DNA of 59,092 bases from positions 1 to 59,092 of the forward strand of contig RBZT01000664.1 of the NCBI GenBank assembly GCA_003693705.1, written 5' to 3'. Positions within the stretch are counted from its first letter, which is position 1. Each line of letters begins with the position of its first letter. The notes under the pieces were generated by a model. It was not told the origin of the DNA. It saw only the letters and a program-made list of their open reading frames with translations, and did no database searches. This stretch comes from Polymyxa betae A26-41. Taxonomy: Eukaryota > Protista > Endomyxa: Phytomyxea. Positions 54,201 to 59,092 of this stretch are shown one piece after another. Position numbers and translations under genes: made by a program.

Positions 54201-57200
54201 AGTCTTGTATCACTGTCAACCAATTGAAAGAAGCTGAGCGAGTTTGCCGCGATCACAACCATTATGACCCCAAGCAAGTCAAAGATTTCTTGATTCATAA
54301 GGTCGTCCACTTCGATTTTCCACCCTTCTTTTTTAAAAGTAAATGGCTATCAGGAGCTTGCTGACCCTAGGCCTTTGATCCATGTCTGTGATAAGCATGG
54401 GTTCGTTGACGAACTGACTAGATATCTGTATTCAAAGAACATGCTCCCATTCTTAGAAGCTTATGCTGTTAAGATGAGCCCTGCCCAGGCGCCGAAAGTT
54501 TGGCATTTTAAAGCTATCTCTGCCTTAGTTGAATAGTGGAATAGGTTGTTGGATCTCTTATCGATCTTTCTTGCGATGATCAGCGAATAAAGGATATTGT
54601 CAATCAGCTACGTCCACCAACTTGCCCTATCGATTCCCTGTGTGAGGAAGTTGGTAAACGCAACCGCCTTCGTCTTTTGATTCCTTGGCTGGAGAACCGT
54701 CGCAATGAAGGTATCTTCGTGTCTGTCCACGGTATCTTGCTATCAATGTTGATTTTGTTCAGGAAATAACGAGGTTGCCTTGCACAATTCGCTAGCAAAA
54801 ATCTACGTGGAGACTAACAACAACCCCAAAAACTTTCTGCTCACTAACGAATATTATGACAGCAAGGTATAGTGTTCGTAGACGTCTTCAATATTTCTCC
54901 TAACAGTCTTAGGTTGTTGGTCAATTCTGTGAGAGCCGCGATCCCCACTTAGCTTTCATTGCCTATCGTCGGGCGAAAGGCTCGTGTGATGACGAACTTC
55001 TCGATATTTCGAATAAGCACGGTTTTTACAAGGATCAGGCCAGATATCTTGTTGAGCGTCAAGACCCTGTACTCTGGGAAAAAGCATTGCAGTCAAACAA
55101 CGAGCATCGCCGTGCCGTTATTGATCAGGTATCTGCGATTTGTCATAGCTTGTAATTTTTTAAACGATTTTCTAGGTTGTTGCTACAGCTCTGCCTGAAT
55201 CAAGGCAGCCTGAGGAAGTTTCTGCAACCGTCAAGGCGTTCATGGCTGCCGATCTTCCTAAAGAGCTTATTGAATTGCTTGAAAGAATCGTTTTGCATGG
55301 TCAGTTTTCTACCATAGATCATGCTTCTTGCTTCTGATACTTGCCCAGGTCCCCCAGATTCAGAATTCCACACCAACCGTAATCTGCAGAATTTGTTGAT
55401 TTTGACCGCAATTAAGGCCGATCCGTCACGTGTTATGGATTACCTTAACCGTATGGATAAATATGACGGTCCCGACATCGCCCGAATTGCCATCTCTGAT
55501 CAATACAAGGTATTCTTTACGTCAATCTGTAGATTCCATTCTCAGGCATTAATATAGCTATATGATGCTGCCTTCTTCATTTACAAGAAGTTCAATCAAG
55601 GTGAAGATGCCATTCGCGTCCTGCTGGACCATATCGATTCCATCGAGCGCGCTATTGAATTTGCGGAATACTGGAATAAGGTGAATCTCTTCCATTTTTC
55701 TCAAGGATTGTTCTTAAAAAGAATTAGCCTCCTGTCTGGTCAATCCTTGGCCGTTCGCTCCTCGAACATAATCGTACTGCGGAAGCCATTGATGCATTCT
55801 TAAAAGCCGGTGATGCGTCAGCGTATGACAATGTGATCGCTTGCGCTTCCAAGGATGGACTGTGGGAGAAGCTTATTGTCTTCCTCAAAATGGCTCGAAC
55901 TAAGCTTCGTATGCAAATTGGATCTAATTTCTTTTGGATTCTTATCTCGTTCAGGTGAATCTGCTATTGATAACGAAATGGTCTATGCGCTGGCCCACTC
56001 CGGAGATCTCGGCGCTCTGGACGATTTCCTATCTACGCCAAACATCGCTAAACTTGAGCACATTGGTGACCGACTATTTGATGAAGGTTAAGTTATTTTT
56101 CCTGGTTTCTTTCACTTGGTGATTTTACTCAGGCATGTTTGAACCGGCGCGTATTATTTACAGCCATCTCAACCTCTATGCCAAACTTGCTTTGTGTTAT
56201 GTGCACCTTCATCAATTCCAAGCAGCTGTGGATGCTGCTCGAAAGGCCAACTCCATTCCGACGTGGAAGGCGATCTGCTATGCTTGCGTTGATGCTCAAG
56301 AATTCCGTTTAGCCCAAGCCTGTGGTGTTCATATTATTGTTTTCATGGATCATTTGAACGACCTGGTCCAGCATTATGAAGTTGGGTGCCACTTTGAGCA
56401 AGTTATTGCCCTTTTGGAGCAAGGTGCGTCTATTTTCGTTCTAGAAACACCATCGCTGATTTCGAACAGGTGTAAACCTCGATCGCGCTCACCAAGGTAT
56501 CTTTACAATGCTTGGCCAACTTTACGCCAAATATAAGCCTGAAAAGCTCATGGAACATATCAAATTGTTCTGGTCGCGTTTGAATATCCCCAGTCTGTTG
56601 GGAGCATGTTTGCAGAATATGCACTATGTTGAGGCTGTCTTCTTGTACTCTCATTATGATCAATACGACAATGCTGTTGATGTCCTAATTGAACATTCGC
56701 CTAATTGCTGGCAACATGACTTATTCAAGCAAACTATAATTCAATGCAGCAACACTGAAGGTGAGACACTTTTGTTCTTTTCAAATCATCAACTGATTTC
56801 GTTAGTTTTCTACCGCTCCGTAACTTTCTATCTGCGTGAGCATCCGATGCTGTTGAATGACCTGCTGATCGAAATTAGCGGGAAAATTGACCACACTCGT
56901 GTTGTCCATCTTTTACGTCAAGAGAGCTCTTTGCCTATTGCCTTGAAGTATTTGCTATTCGTCCAAAAAGACAATGTTGTTGCTGTGAACGAAGCTGTGA
57001 ATCAACTGTACGCTATCTGCTGGCTCTGTTCATTTTATCCATGACCGCTTTGTAGGTTTTATGAGACTGAAGACTATAAGGCTCTGAGAGAATCGATCGA
57101 AACTTACGACCAGTTCGATCAAATTGCCTTTGCTCAAAAACTTGAATCCCATCCTCTTCTGGAAATGCGCCGACTTGCTACTCACCTGTATAAGACGAAC

Positions 57201-57912
57201 AAACGATATCAAGTTAGATTATCGTTGATTGCTGTGTTAGTCGTCGATGTCTTACTATCATTAGGTTGCGATTGACATTGCCAAGAAGGATCTTCTGTAT
57301 GAAGATGTCATTTCTACTGCTGCCGTATCCAAAGACACTGCCATTGCTGAAGAACTTGTCAGGTTCTTTGTCGACAAGGACGAAATTGCTTGCTTCACTG
57401 TTAGTTTTGCACCACAGCATTGCACCTTTATTCATATTCTCTCAGGCTATGCTTTTCGCGTGCTACAGCCAGATTAGGGCAGATGTTGTTCTGGAACTTG
57501 CTTGGCGACATAACATTGTCGATAATGTTATGCCTTTCATGATTCAGACTTTCCGGGAATATGACGATAAACTCTGCGATATTACCAACAAATTTGAAGC
57601 TCAATCAAAGGTTTGTGAAATGACGTCATTCTTTTTGCCCTGTTTTGAACTCTGCCCTAGGCGAAAGAGGAAATCGCCAACGAGGAAAAGAAGAAGCAAG
57701 AGCAAGAAAACGCTAAAGCTGCTCAGTTCATTGGCATCCCAAGCTTCAGCGCCGGCCCGACTCCACTTGCGATTATGCCGCCGATGCCGGCTTATGGTTC
57801 TCCTTCGCCCATGATGTATCCATCAGGGCCGCCTGCCGTCATGAACGGTGTAATGCCTGATAACTATAGCCCGATGCAGCCTGGGGCGCCTGGTTACCAT
57901 CATGGGTTCTGA
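51217..57912 (+). CDS. CHC: Clathrin heavy chain
   Basis: [105 protein letters not shown]. Pro/Met-rich tail; ~30 short introns. Confidence 0.98.
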
Positions 57913-58062
57913 ACTTCTATAAACAGTGTGAATTGTATTGTAGCGACAGCATCATATCGTCTTAGTCACGCTGCAGCTGAAGGTGTAGTCCTCTTCAATC
58001 ACAGAGTGAACATTTTTGATGGCATTGACATCGATAGCCTCCATTTGGCTTAGGGTCGTCAA

Positions 58063-59092
58063 ATGGTTTCAACGCAGGCAGAAACGGTGTCAGCATCCCC
58101 AGCCTATTCGCAGTCATTTATATCGCTGGTAAGCCCTGGAGCCGTATCGAATCGTGTCCTCTATCTGGACTGGTTAAGGACGATTGCAGTCTATCTCGTA
58201 TGATGTTGCTTCTTTCTTGCAGAATCTGCTAAATGACCGATACAGGTAGCCATTGTTCATACAGCAATTAGTCTCGCAAGAGTCGCGAATTACACCCACG
58301 ATGCTCTTCAGCAGCAATATGCCGCCATTCGTGGGTTAATTCAGTTCGGCATGCGTAAGCCGTGATTTCGCTTCGAGAATCGACCTTCTGACTATTGCAG
58401 CATTTTTCTTTTATCTCAGCGGATCTGCTGCTTATTTGTCCAATGACCAATCTTTCATGGTTTTCTTCAGTACGCTTGCTGGGCATAGTGAAATCTTTAC
58501 CTAAGATCTGTTAGGAAAAAAGCTGCTTAGACTTCTAATCCCGTGCTTAATTGGGCTGGTCTTCATCGTATTGCCGACAGCGTTTATCGGCCGGCATTAC
58601 CGTCCGTGTGCGGCTAAAGACATTGACGACTTTTTTGACTTTGCTTTCGATTTCTTCACAAATCAATTCGCTTGTGGCGGCTTTGAATGGTGATATGCTT
58701 CCAGAATATAAATAGTCAAACTGAACTACTCCGTTATCAGGCTCTGGTTTCTTCCGGTATCATTTATCCTGTCTGTTGTTAATTTTCCGTTGTTCTCTGT
58801 CATTCGGGCCATTTACAAAGATGAGAATGCGATCCTGTTATCACTACCCATCTTGCTATTCGATGGAATCTGGTGCGGCACTCTCTCTTTTCGTTTAAGT
58901 TCTTTGTTCTTCGATTTTCGTTCCTTGGCGGATAGTTGCTTAACTGCCGTTTTAGGATGTCATTCATGATGTTGGTGGCGTTTTGTGCAACCTTGTTTGT
59001 CGACATTTCGCTTCTTCAGGCGTGTCTGATTCTAACGCCATATCTTATAACTGTCCCTCTTTACCGATCTCTCTCATTCTTTCGGCGCTTTC
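58063..59092 (+). CDS. Acyltransferase family 3 (OpgC/MdoC-like) membrane protein, runs off window end
   Basis: Spliced: RVLYLDWLRTIAVYLVAIVH...QFGMPFFFYLSG...RKKLLRLLIP...WLWFLPV. These are the hallmark AT3 motifs (RxxxLDxLR..H, MPxFFxxSG, RLLIP, LWFL). Confidence 0.85.

Overview
Gene-dense eukaryotic (protist) genomic DNA with many short (~45-65 nt) GT-AG introns, so most genes are fragmented in the ORF track. The style (compact, tiny introns, flagellar gene) suggests a plasmodiophorid/Phytomyxea-like rhizarian, but that is inference only. About 19 protein genes were reconstructed by manual splicing: M16 insulinase, PH-domain protein, MNS1, Rho/Rac GTPase, small secreted protein, ARL8-like GTPase, BuGZ/ZNF207, TM-anchored class I phosphodiesterase, CXIP4-like protein, HPPD, m-AAA FtsH/AFG3, cNMP-binding protein, RAD50, peroxisomal acyl-CoA thioesterase, aspartate kinase, an unknown conserved-looking protein, full-size ABCG/PDR, DUF1664, UFD2/UBE4-like U-box ligase, clathrin heavy chain and a truncated acyltransferase-3. 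A repeat-rich island at ~7.4-11.1 kb holds a chromovirus (Ty3/Gypsy) integrase-chromodomain relic, a nuclease-like pseudogene and an unclassified ~1.5 kb unit of divergent, decayed Cys-rich (CxxC) ORFs; half of that unit is also present inverted at 14-745. Top highlights: (1) a UFD2/E4 ligase with a KCMF1-like ZZ/Di19 module plus a second ZZ finger inserted in its core; (2) the unclassified Cys-rich repeated element; (3) an ARL8-like GTPase lacking the catalytic Gln; (4) a ThrA-type aspartate kinase without the HSDH domain. Gene coordinates span start to stop including introns. No rRNA, tRNA or CRISPR array was seen.
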